Below, one piece after another: positions 12,411 through 25,359 of a stretch of DNA of 64,000 bases. The stretch's first letter is position 1. Each line of letters begins with the position of its first letter. The stretch comes from Mytilus californianus. Taxonomy: Eukaryota. The DNA is taken from the NCBI RefSeq assembly GCF_021869535.1, contig NW_026262679.1, positions 37,138,001 to 37,202,000 of the forward strand, given 5' to 3'. The notes under the pieces were generated by a model that worked only from the letters and a program-made list of their open reading frames with translations, searched no databases and was not told the origin of the DNA. The position numbers were made by a program, and so were the translations under genes.

Positions 12411-13800
12411 GATTTTCTGTACAGAAGTCACAAAACTATGCACGGTTAGATCCAAAATATTTACTAATTGATCTCTATAATATTTTTAAAAAGCTATACT
12501 ATTTAGAAATTCACATTCAGATTCTTTCTGATATGAATAAAATTGCTGATTTATTAGGTATTAAAATCTTCAAACTTGCAGATGATAGAAAGGTTTAATG
12601 AAGCAACTGCATTGTCTTTAAATAAACCAAAACAGCTTTTAATATTCTCAAAACAAAATTTAATACTTTGTATAAGTCACACAACGAGGTGACTGTGATG
12701 CAAGTAATTAATCAAATTAATATACTTGAAATATTATTTTTCTTCGAAAATGCCTAGAAAAAATCAGGACTGTAAGAGTGTTTGTCTAATTGTCTTATGC
12801 GATTATTGGTCACAGTTATACAGCTAGACTTGGACTTTGACTTTTGAAATGATCGTGTGAGTTTTGATACAATTGTTATTTGTAAATTTTCACAGATCTT
12901 CAGAACTATATTTTCGTATATATGTGGCTAAAAGAGACGAAAAAAGGTTTGTACTTAAATAAATCCTAATTCGTGTCCTTATCAAAATGCATAGAGACTC
13001 AATATCAGTTAAAGCAGAAGCGAGGTAGGCGCCAGGCGATACAAATTCAACGAAAAATAAATTGTACATTTCAACTTCAGTCTTTCCAAATATGTCAAGA
13101 GATAGACCTCTCTTAGTCTAGAAAGTAGTGAATTAATTTAAATATTTGACTTTGACACCAAATTTCCTAAAGGACATCATCAAGACACAACCAATATCAC
13201 CCATGACGAGATTTATTACGTAGGACAGGAACATGCACATATGGTTGGGTTAAATTTTTTTAATACTCAACCTTCACAATTTAAATCTCTCTCAGTGGTG
13301 ACGAATCTGTTGAGTAAAAGCCATAAACTCTATGATACCGATATGAAAGACAATGAAACACATATACAAGTAAAGCAAAACGAAATAAACCTTATCAAAG
13401 AATGCTTGCAGTTACTAAGAGCAGGCTCAAGTACTCACTTGGTGATATAGAAATCAATCACGTCGCCATACACTAAAATTACCCAATTCGCATTGATAAC
13501 GATGTGAATACTACGAATGAAGCATCTGATATGTTTATCAGAGAATCACAGAAATTTAAAATGTGGCACAGTAAAAATATGATCAAATTATTAACACAAC
13601 ACACTAGCCGAATAACAATGGTCAAAATAAGTTGGCTTGAAGCAGCGAACGACATAAAGGAATGAGAGGCACAAATAATCAAAATCAACTGAAAAGAACC
13701 ATGTATACAAATCAAATTCGAAGGAATATTTTTAGATACAAGATGAAGTAACCTGTGTACAAACCTTCCATCACAAAAAGAGAGTAACAGTTTCTCGGAT
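12410..13800 (+). pseudogene. Degraded intronless coding-like tract, family unknown
   Basis: Long stretches in one frame with sparse stops (YLLIDLYNIFKKLYYLEIHIQ...; LSKSHKLYDTDMKDNETHIQ...; NYPIRIDNDVNTTNEASDMFIRESQKFKMW...). Confidence 0.35.
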
Positions 13801-15744
13801 TAATTTGCACTTCTCATAAGTGCAAATTGGTACCACATTTTTTTAAACGTAGAATCATCAAACTTGGCAATAATAAACCTCTAGGGATAGGCAAAACGAT
13901 ACAATTTTTTTATATAGCTCGCCATGTATACAAATACAATATAAATTATTTATAGATACAAGATGAAGTAACCTGTGTCCACACCTTCCACCCAAAAAGA
14001 GTATTTCTAATAAAAAAAAGTGTGTAATGACTCTATATTAATCATACAAGTATATAAAAAATCATTTTAAGAATGACTCACCAGATGTCTCCTCATAAGT
14101 TCAGCAATTTTAAGTTTTTGTGATATATCCAGAAAAATAAACAAGGTTCGAATACGAATCAGTGACTGTTTCTTGTCATGTACTATGATAATACTTACTT
14201 TACTGGAGGATATACATAGGACAAATGACCCCACACTTTAAAAGTTGTTAAGATAATAATTTAAATGGTCAGATTTTAATGAACCGTGCATGTCATAGAA
14301 TTTTTACTAAATATATTTCTCAGCCGGAGATGATTGAATTTTGATTTTTATCATAAATATGACTTTTTAAATACCGAGAAGAATTTCAGATTTGTAAAAT
14401 TAAAAACGACGAAGAGGAACACAAAACAAAATTTAATTAAAAGACATACACGAATAAGCGGGTTAGTTGAATTACTCAAGGGCAAATTTGGTGAAACTAA
14501 AACACCATAAGCAGCAAAATATTTTTACTTAGAGAAGAGGCTTAAATATGGCTGAAAACTGCAAATTTGAAAGATTTCAATTATTTATTTTATATTAACG
14601 AAAACATGAATATTTTCCAATTGTGTTTTAAAAATGTTGGCAACAGCCATGTATCGCGTTGAATACGATTTTCATTTTATATATATATATGTATGAAATC
14701 GTTGAAATATCTTAAAATTATTTATTTAGACATTTTAATGTTCAAATTCTTTCAGTGATTCATTAACCTTCAGATTTGACCGCATTAGTGAAGCAAATTC
14801 AAAGGGAAAGGAAAGGAGAAGGGACAATAAGGTCCTTGTTTGGCCAAAATATTTGTGCATATTAAAAAGTTAGCATACATATCCGTAAATTTGTCTTAAC
14901 TACACCAAGGTTCAAGAGGTTCAGAAAATGAAAACAAATTTCGCATTAAACGATTAACAATGGCAACATTCCATTCCGAAATTTGTAGATTTTGCAAAAA
15001 AAAATATTTTGTTTGTTTTGCATCAATATTTAATATAAGTATATATTAGATGGGAAAAGTATGTGCGCACACAAGAAACAATTTTTATTTGGTGATATTA
15101 TGTAAATAGTTTTAATAAATCTTGAATTATTTTGTTGTTTCATGGCTCCGCACGATGTCTCAACAATGGAAATAACGATGGAAAACTGCATGAATTATGC
15201 AGCTTTTTTCGTTTTCATGAAAACGGTGAAGATTATGATGTAGTTGTGACGTCATAGTATAAAATAATCCTATGTTTTATCTATTTATATTTCTGAGTTT
15301 TATGCATTTCCAAACATTATGTGCAAATTTTAAAAAGTTTTCAAAAACTTATTTTTCGTGAGCAAAAACCTGGCCTTAAGGCCACTACTCCTTTGTCATT
15401 GGGAACAACAGTTTGTCAATGATATATCTTCTCATTGTTAGGATAGTATTTGTTAACGATGAAAATCTAACTGTTGATTGTTGGCAATGTAGTACAATAT
15501 CGAGGCTTATATTATATTTTTTACTACTTTTCAAAATATAAAGGGCTGTTTTTTCAAAGCAAGCTACGAATTATAACTACTGAGAAAAAGCATTACCATA
15601 GTGCGAACATTGCACTTGACCTGTCGTTTACGATCAACTATATATTTGATGAAGTAGACTATATTAGTCAAAGCTAACCCGTCCTATTTTCCTTGATTGT
15701 CACCATCGAATACGACTTATGAGCGAATTTTTACTTGCCGTGAG

Positions 15745-16260
15745 CAAGACGACTAGTGCCAGTAGAAGAAAAAGATGTGCTTACCCTTTCGGAGCACCTA
15801 AGATCATACTTTGCGACACTGTTGACAGTCTGATCGATGTTTTTCTTTCTTACCATATTATTGTCTGTTTTCCTCGACTTATACATGTATCTTGACTTAC
15901 ATCTAGAAAACTTTACGTCAAAATAGATGATTTCAGCTTTCCGATTATGAACTTTCCATTGTTATATTGCAACATTCAAGCAACGAATGCATATGGAGTA
16001 TACCATATATTTCCCTGGTGATTCGATATTCCAAAGCTTGTGTTTCCTATCATAATTTCCACGATAAAGGGTTTAGAAAGCTGCTGCTTACAAGGAGGCT
16101 ATTGAAACAAGAATTTTGAGAAGTAAAGTTGACGTTATCCATTCGAAAGATAAACGGGCACCATCAACTTTTCGACGTTTTTCCTTTCTTGCTATGATTT
16201 TGTCGATCTCTCTATGAATTATGAGTTTTGTTTCTCCCTTTGGTATCTTCCGCCTTTTTT
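15745..16260 (+). mobile_element. PLE RT C-terminal fragment with family D tail pieces
   Basis: Translates with shifts to YLDLHLE...DDFSFPIMNFPLLYCNIQATNAYGVY...LLLTRRLLKQEF. Confidence 0.8.
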
Positions 16261-16741
16261 AACCAAACCATTGCATTTAGAGTGTAGATATAAGGCGAAA
16301 ATTTTGAATGGCTGTTTTATGTCGTTTTTCCCGTTTTTAAGGATTTCTTAAATTTGAAAATTGATATATAATGTTGAAGAGAATATGTTCTTCGCTAATT
16401 GACAGAAACTGACATAATATAAAAACGTTTGAATTAAAAGATTGCTATAAAATACACCACTGACGAGAAGTATATTTTGATATTGTAAAATGGAAATATG
16501 GGGTACATGAGGCAGCGACCTGACAACAACATTTCCCCAAGGCATATTATACTTCTAAAGACCACCGTACGGTCTTGTATAAAGATAATCGTTCACGTCA
16601 TATAGTCCAACATCAATTATTTTGTAACCAGACAAAAATATGAGTATAAAGATTTTTAGCTATTTCATAAATCATATTTTTTTCTAATTAACTTTTGTAT
16701 ACATATTACATAATAACATTAATGGTACTATAATTTTACTG

Positions 16742-16783
16742 CACCAGATGTGCGTTTCGACAATTATTGTCTCTTCAGTGACA
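16742..16783 (-). ncRNA. Solo minimal type-I hammerhead (GACA/TGTC stem II type), degenerate
   Basis: TGTCA-CTGAAGA-GACA-ATAAT-TGTC-GAAA-CGCACA-TC-TGGTG; core intact, C-A mismatch in stem III. Confidence 0.7.
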
Positions 16784-17149
16784 TAACTTCGATAAATTCT
16801 TGCGTTATTTAGGTTTTAGATCACTTGACTGATAAAGATTGACAAAAGGAGATGTGCGGTTAAAGCCAATGAAACAGCCGAAGGCAAAGAAAAAAAAAAA
16901 CAAACAAAAAAAAACACAAAAAAAAAACTAAACAAGAAACACCTTGAGGTCGACACAGGCTCTTAAACAATAGACGAGTGTCTGTACATTATATCAAGCT
17001 CGTAATCGCCGTCAGTCTAAAAAGTTATGAATAATTTCACAGAGACTATCAAAGATCGGATATGAACTCCAATTCAAATTCCCGCGATCAACACCTAATT
17101 CCTTCTATGACAAAAAAAAAAAACCAACAAAAAACATTGACATATACCA

Positions 17150-17552
17150 ATAAATAAAGAGCTACGCAATGAGCGCATGATACGCCATTCGCTTTTACAA
17201 CAAATAAAGTTCCATCATTCCTCAATGTCATATCAGAAAAAACAAAAAAAATAAAAAAATAAAGGGAGCTTATTCGAATAAATATAAACCAGTCACCAAA
17301 ATTTCATGAAAACTGCTTAAAACATTTTTGAGTTATTGTTCGAATCTGGAAAACCCACCTTTTATGAATAAAATCCCATACCTGAAAAAACGTAAAATCT
17401 TAAATTTATAAAAAATGAAAGGGTCAATAGATATAAACAATTCACCAACTTTCTTGAAAATTGGTTAACGCGTTTTTGAGTTATTGTCCGACATGTTGAT
17501 GACGGACGGACAACGGTATACCATAATACATCCCGTAAACGGGCGTATAAAA
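17150..17552 (+). mobile_element. HINE-like non-autonomous element
   Basis: 5' GATACGCC is complementary to 3' GGCGTAT; GACG microsatellite; terminal hairpin CCCGT-AA-ACGGG followed by an A-run. Confidence 0.6.
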
Positions 17553-17849
17553 AGTGTAACAAAAATACCGAACCCCAAGGCAAATTCACCAGGGGTGAAT
17601 CCATAAAAACTGACAAATCAAACGCAATCAATCAACGGAACAAGTGAAAAATAATTGCCAAGTTCCTGACTTGGTACAGGCATTTTCTGAAGAAAACCGT
17701 TGACAAGATTCCTAACTTGTCGTAGTCACATGAACATGGCGGGGGAAAACATAATGTTTTAGATGTGAACCCTTCCTTTTTAAATGATTGACTGAATTTT
17801 GTTTGAGAAAAGTCCAGATGTCACTATTTCATACATATTCATGACGAGA

Positions 17850-18620
17850 ACAAATCAGCACTAAATACAATTAGAAGTTTTTTTAAAGGGGTCGACGGGA
17901 AATCTAGACTGCCACTCACTGGAAAATGAGGGTATGTGTGATAGGGCAGAAATGTTTCCCGTCAACTGGCCACCTAGGGACCACTTAGCAGTTCTGGAAA
18001 ATCAGTAGAGTAAAAGCAGTACTGGAAAGCAAATACATCTATAAAACTGCAATAAATTACAAAAATAATGGTACAACAAACGAAACAATATCGTATCAAA
18101 TAATGCTAGGAGCCATATGAAGCTCATAGTGCTTATCTATTGTATATAAAGTAACTGGTTAAGTAGTGGCGTAACTTGATTCTTATTTCTTGTGAGGCAA
18201 ACGATCTGAGTCTTGGCATTCAAAGCCTTAACACGACTCAAAAACCGCGAATAGAGAGTGGATGGTTGATGGCAAAACGTCGTCGCAAAATAGTTTTAAT
18301 ACATGTCTGATTGATTGATTGTTGTTGCCTGACATCAAGTGACTATTCAGGACAAGACAAATAACAATAACCCAATAGATAGGTTCTGCATAGTGGTTCG
18401 ACCAGGATGAGAGCAAGAATTTCGACTGCAAATGGAAAAGGAGAGCCTGTTAGACAGGGGCAGACATGATGTCTTGTAACAGGTCCCCTATTGACCCGTA
18501 TTTCATGGGTTCTGTAACCTGTAGAGCTGATGATTACCCTCTCCCTACATCATAGTTAACGTCCCCATCCGACTGGACGTGACTGTGTATTTATACATCC
18601 CTTACACCCAAACGGACTCT
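17850..18620. mobile_element. Cluster of SINE-like fragments
   Basis: (GATT)n tail at 18308-18325; motifs shared with 8250-8370 and 44150-44280. Confidence 0.5.
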
Positions 18621-19092
18621 CTCTCGCTTCTCTCTTTGGAGGAATTTTTATCATGAAATAATAGTATTTAAAAGTTTAATTATCGGTATTCAATTAAAAA
18701 CAGGCCTTGCATGATCAAACTGTGACAATAATAACTGACAGAATTATGGCCTACTCTAAAATAGCTTTTTACAAATTTGGTGATATTAAAGATCCAATAT
18801 GTCTGGAAATTTAAATGTGTATGAAAGGGGGTGTGGTTAACAAGATACATGGATATATTATAACTGGGTAAACAATGAAATCAGGGTTATGTGAATCAAC
18901 GTGTCGGTTCGAAGGGGAGCACAGTTGGTCTCATAGGAATGCTAAGTGTCTGTTGAAAACCACGACAACAAAACATAACAAGCTTTGTGTAAATAAAAAA
19001 ATCAAGCATTATGTCAATTTCTTAGATTTGATCTCTTGTTTGATTCGGTTATTTTTTATAAAGTATACTTATTCCGTTCCTAAAACAATATA

Positions 19093-19299
19093 CTGTAAAT
19101 TCAGAAATTATTGCGTGCATTTATTATTGCGAATTTTGAAAAATGGACTAAAATGCGAGATTAATTAATGCGATTTCAGGAAAATCTGCATACAGTTATA
19201 TGTATCAGATATCAGAATGCGAGTTTTTATTATTGCGATACTCATTCAGTCGCATTATTCGCATTAATAAAAACATCTCAATAATTTCTGAATTTACAG
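19093..19299. mobile_element. MITE with TA target duplication (Tc1/mariner-like)
   Basis: Perfect inverted repeat TACTGTAAATTCAGAAATTATTG (19091-19113) / CAATAATTTCTGAATTTACAGTA (19279-19301), TA included. Confidence 0.85.
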
Positions 19300-20400
19300 T
19301 AGTTGAATCTACATTGGTCATTTATATGAAACAAAGATTAGCTTATAAGTTTTTTAAAAGTTTTAAGTTAAAAATGAGTGGTAAAAGAGTAGAGAAGTCA
19401 AACGTTTGGAATCATCGGCACTACTAGTATCTACCTTTATACTATATAATACACGTTATATAACTTTATTTATCCTTATCTTATCTATTTTTCTATTGGT
19501 AAAAAATTTGGTGAGGCAGTTGCCTCATTGCCCAAAATAGAAGCTACGCCACTGCCGGTTTGTTGTATGAATGACTGTGGCAATATTACACTAGTTTGTG
19601 TTTTGTTGATTATTGCGGAACATTTCAGCAGGAGTTTTTTTGGTAAGCAACAGATAAATTATTACATATCAGTCTGATGATATTTTGTGCGTTCTTTATT
19701 TAAGAATAATACAAACAGACTAAAGACCATCAGCATGATCATTGTTTCTTCTAACCAAATGTACAAGACAAGAATAGCAGAAAATAAATCTCATAATTCA
19801 AAGTTATATTTGTCTTTGAACATTATCGTTTGAGACAACAACGCAAAAAAAAATCCAGACAAAAACTACTACATATGTATAATGTCTTCTTTAGATTTGT
19901 ATATATGAGTCGATAATAAAAGACGTTTAAAATAGAAAATTACAACGCACAAGATTATTTCAATTCCCTAAAGGTGGATTTATTTTTGTAGGAATGAATT
20001 TTCGTTGCCTGTAATTTAAGTTATCTTTTCACAATTTCGCTGATTAGCAGTGATCCTCAAACACTTACCTTTAATATTGCTAGAAAAGAAAAAAAGTTAG
20101 AAAGGGCTCTATGTTAAAAAAATACACGTCAAGTTAATTATGTCTCCATTATGGGTTCAGTGTCTCTGAATTCATGGGAGACATGATATCATACCTCGGG
20201 CAAAGATGATTAGACGATTATTTGCTACTCTTATTTTTTAGTACCTTTTTGCTTTATGCCATCATAACATGCTTTTTTCTTGCTTCCTAAGCTTTTCAAT
20301 ACTAATTTGAAAGCAATCATAACTATCAAGCCATTATTTTTTGTCAGATGATATTGTTTTCTTTTTGGTGATAAAATGTATCTTTGATGATTGAAGACAA

Positions 20401-21208
20401 ACTGTGTGACACATATAACAGATACTGTGTCACACATATAACAGATACTGTGTCACACATATAACAGATACTGTGTCACACATATAACAGATACTGTGTC
20501 ACACATATAACAGATACTGTGTCACACATATAACAGATACTGTGTCACACATATAACAGATACTGTGTCACACGTATCACATATAACAGATACTGTGTGA
20601 CACGTATAACAGATACTGTGTGACACGTATAACAGATACTGTGTGACACGTATAACAGATACTGTGTCACACGTATAACAGATACTATGTCACACGTATA
20701 ACAGATACTGTGTCACACGTATAACAGATACTGTGTCACACGTATAACAGATACTGTGTGACACGTATAACAGATACTGTGTGACACGTATAACAGATAC
20801 TGTGTGACACGTATAACAGATACTGTGTGACACGTATAACAGATACTGTGTGACACATATAACAGATACTGTGTGACACGTATAACAGATACTGTGTGAC
20901 ACGTATAACAGATACTGTGTGACACGTATAACAGATACTGTGTGACACGTATAACAGATACTGTGTGACACGTATAACAGATACTGTGTGACACATATAA
21001 CAGATACTGTGTGACACATATAACAGATACTGTGTGACACATATAACAGATACTGTGTGACACATATAACAGATACTGTGTGACACATATAACAGATACT
21101 GTGTGACACATATAACAGATACTGTGTGACACATATAACAGATACTGCGTGACACATATAACAGATACTGCGTGACACATATAACAGATACTGCGTCACA
21201 CATATAAC
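20401..21208. repeat. 23-bp minisatellite, about 35 copies (TAACAGATACTGTGTSACACRTA)
   Basis: Direct reading; explains the repetitive ORFs at 20690-21203. Confidence 0.98.
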
Positions 21209-24200
21209 ATATACTTCCCTATTGTGAACTTTCCTTTGATTTATTGCGGTTATCCATTCGCTCCCTTATATGAAGTATACATTTATATGTTTGCTGGAAA
21301 AACATCAGTTTTTAATTTTGATAAACGCAATATTTTACAACTGAAAGCTATTAAATCAAGGATTTCAACACAATAAATTGGTCATATATTTTTTTTCCAC
21401 CGACAACTATATGAGCTTGTTGTAGAAGTATTAACCATATGTAGAAATTCATTCAGAAGGTTTTCGCTTAATTTTTTTCAATGTAATATTACTTACACAT
21501 CATACAAGTTCAAAGTTGTCGTTAAAATCTTTCTATTTTGTTAAATAGATTTTTAGCACAGGGAATAATTACTTTATAATTGTTAAATCCTTATTCTTCG
21601 TATTTATGGCGATGAATATTGAATCCATATTTGAAACTTTAAAATTAGGAATTTGTCTTTTACATTGTTCTTTAAAAATTTGACTTTCTGATAACAATGT
21701 TTTACTTATAACATATTTTGTGTCGCCTTTTGTCATGTGTTACTTTTAAAGATTTTATTCAATCCCTAACCTTTAATACAACACAATAAAATCATAAAAG
21801 AACGCAGAAATATCGCTGAGCTGTTGCATTATCGTTTCTTGAACGATAGTGAGACAGATCAAAAACCGTTATACGCAGGAAATTCGAATTCTAAACAGTA
21901 TAACGACAGACGCTTCAGTTAGCTAATATCTCTGATCTGGCTTCCGTGGCACCATGACTCCACAGCAAGTTACATTGTTAACATTTGTTGCATGACGTAT
22001 TACGTCTTGATGCAGTTCTAATCAATAAGTTTGTGGTCACGAAATAATCTCAAAGATTCAATATAATGTCAAATTATTGCACAAGGGCTAGAGCAGGTGA
22101 GATTTTTTAAATTTGTATTTATTGTCTAAAAGAAATGGACTACGAAATAACTGTGTTCTCGGACCATCTCCATAAAAAGGGAACCTTTCCTTCAGAACTT
22201 CCCGTACAAATGCCAGCCATTTTTGCATTTTTATTGAGCACACGTCCAGTTGTGTTAAGTTATAACAATTATGGTACTGAAATGCTTTCAGTAAAATATG
22301 TGGTATTTTAAAATTGATTTTTTGAGATTTTGTAATAAAACTTTAATTGTCAAGAACACAATTTTATTGTAACATATATATGAAAAAGATGTGAATAGCA
22401 ACCAAAATAATAAATCTAAGGAATGTAGAGGTCAAAATGCAGTCTTAAATATGAAAGCAGTTCATACATATGTCAAGTACTGCATCGGCCGATTTCAGAC
22501 AAGTTGTCATGTACAGTGAACGAATTCAGTACCAAAATTCTGCCTTCATTACCATATTTCTAAATTCAATAAATATATGACCCTGAATTTGCAAACTTCA
22601 TGCGGACAGACTGCTTTTCGATGGAAATGCATGTATCACTCCAGAAAGGGACGACTCCCCTCTTTGGGTGGGTAAGTTAAAACAAATAATAGGATGACAA
22701 GAGGCTGTAAAAATCTTAATTTAAAGACAGAAAACACCTTGTACAATAGAAATAAAATCGACAAATCAAACAATAGTAAAGAAAACATACGAAGATTGAG
22801 GAACACGGACACTCCAAAAAGTTGGGATGAACTCGGTGCTGTGGGAGTAAAAAGGTTCCTGGTTCATTAGAAGTACTCGTTATGTGGCTGATGATGAATA
22901 GATTCCGATAAAAACTCGTATTGGAGATGTTTGAAGTCAAGCATGAAGAAAGAAGTGAGATTGAATCTACGAAAAATTAATCACGTCCGCAATTTGTAAC
23001 AAAAACCGTAAAGTTTAGCTATAAAGGGTATATCTATTTGAATTTTCTATTCATCCCCTGTCATTTTAAAGAAGAAACTCCCATTGTTTCAGAAATGTTC
23101 TGATCCACACGAACACAGCTGAAATTAAAAAGTCATATACTGACGTTTCACGCTAATACATGTAGGATTAGTGCTGCAGTTAAAAGCTCGTTTATTCTCC
23201 GATCGAATTAAATGTCACAAACTTTTGAAAAATAAGCTGATCTTATCCACAGTGTACGGTATTTAAACCAATACATTAATCTTCTCTTTCGATTTTTAAT
23301 GTGAGACAAAATCAATATAATCAGGATATCTCTAATCTTCATGAACTAGGCATGTTGAACAAATTGTAAAAAAAATAGTACGGTAAAGATAGGGAAAAAA
23401 AACTTTACTTGAAAGAAATTGATCTAAACAAGAGCTTGATAAAGTTTAGGACTATAATGACATCAATAGATAGTATATCATTTAACTAGTTCTTTCAAAT
23501 AACAGTCCATCAAATTTCAATAAGATTTGAAATATAATAAGTTATGTAATTTTAGTAACTATAGATTGTATACATGGAAAACTGTTCAGTGATTATGAAA
23601 CCACTAATGCATTTCAAAGTGATTTATATCTCATTGATCGTAATATGCTAGTCATTCTGTACATATAGGTTTCATTTACATTAATTTATTAAATTATATT
23701 ATTCAGATGTATTATATAGCAAATAGCTATAGGATGGCATTGCCCTACTTCTGGTTTATGAAACACTTTCTTAAAACCAGTTCACCTTTTAATTGCATTT
23801 CTATGAGTTATTTACACCTGATAACTGATGATTTCGTCGTTAATGTTGATGGTGTCTAAAATTCGATCATGTTGTTACTGTCCCTAACTTCCAGTTATAG
23901 TGCAGCGAAGCATACATCTAGACATTTCTGTTGTTTAATAACAAGGTTATATATCAAAATAATTTTGTAATTTGAAACCTGAAACTAAAATTAAAAAGAT
24001 GAATCAAAACCCCCCAAAAAATTTAAAGTAAAGTCAGCTGTCCCGCCTTAATCTTGATACGCAGGGCGGATAATGCATGCTTTGCACGAGACGCTTACTG
24101 TGTCAACGCACCCAGGGTCGCTATGTTTAGAGTCCTCTTCCGTGTTCTTTTGCGCGTGGCTTGAATATGGAAAATGGATTTACGAGAGAGATTTTAACAT

Positions 24201-24308
24201 CTGTAAACTACTGTTGCCTCATATAGAGGAAACAAAGCCATTAATGAAGAAGATGATTTTCATTTTCTATACAAAATTTTTCCATTTCGTTCTTCAAAAT
24301 TATTAAAA

Positions 24309-24856
24309 AAAATATCCATATTTTCAGGCTTTGTGATATTCCTAGAGAGTAAACAGCACACCTATAGGGCTATCGACCAAATAATGATACTTAGTGAAGA
24401 AAACTTCAAATAAATTGTTTTAAAAATTAAGCAAATGATTCGAATGATATAATGAAATCAAAGCAAATTATTTACGAAATACATTTCTCCGTTTTATTCT
24501 TTAAAATTGTAACAAAATATCCATATTTTCAGGCTTTGTGATAACTTCAGAGAGTAATAGCACACCTATAGGCCTATCGACCAAATACTAATACGTTGTG
24601 AAGTAAACATAAATAAAATGATTAAATTAAGCAAATGATCCGAATAATGCATTGAAATCAAAGCGAATTATTTTTTTTGAATTAAATTTCTCGGTTTCAT
24701 ACTTTAAAAATGTAACAAAATATCTGTATTTCAGTCTTTGTGATAACCCCAAAGAGTAACAGCACACCTATAGGGCTATCGACCAAATAATGATACTTTG
24801 TGAAGAATTGATAAAATTAAGCAAATGATTCGAATAATGAATTGAAATCAAAGTGA
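24309..24856. repeat. ~204-bp tandem repeat, about 2.7 copies
   Basis: AATATC at 24311, 24516 and 24719; conserved CAGCACACCTATAGGGCTATCGACCAAATA core. Confidence 0.9.
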
Positions 24857-25359
24857 AGATTGAAGTTGGTAAGTAGATTTGAAAGTATTATGTAACATCC
24901 CATTACCTTTATCTCTTTTAATTCTTTTAAATTAATCACAAAAAATAATATAAAATGATTATCAAAACATGAAGGCTATCAAGCGAAATGAAAAACGTTA
25001 ATGTCATTGAAAATCTTAAATGCCAAATGTTAAAGAATACATGCACTTAATATTAAATTCAAAATAAAAGAAAAAGAATTTAATTACTCTTATTCATTTG
25101 ATTAAAAAAGCAAAATCTGACCTTGAGAGGTGACCTCATCGAATCACTGTATCGAAAATTGAGCTTGCCACGAGGGACATTATAGTCACGTACTGCATAA
25201 ACCCATAATATAGTTTTGAAGGAAAGTTTGGTACATTGCACATCACATGGTTTGGTTTTCCATTGTTGCAGCATTTTAACAAACCAGTTAAATAGCATAA
25301 GATATTAGCTCTGAAACGTGGGGATTACAGATGCCTTCAAGCATAATTTCCTTGCAAAT

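Noticed and set aside
18164-19554. Element bounded by TAGTGGCGTAACTT / AAGCTACGCCACTG
   Set aside because: The inverted ends are imperfect and no target-site duplication is visible.
20690-21203. 155-169-aa Cys/Tyr/Val repeat ORFs
   Set aside because: They are translations of the 23-bp minisatellite, not genes.
20401-21208. CRISPR-like array
   Set aside because: Units are contiguous with no unique spacers, there are no cas genes, and the context is eukaryotic.
24309-24856. ~204-bp tandem repeat as a retrozyme
   Set aside because: No hammerhead or twister core found on either strand.
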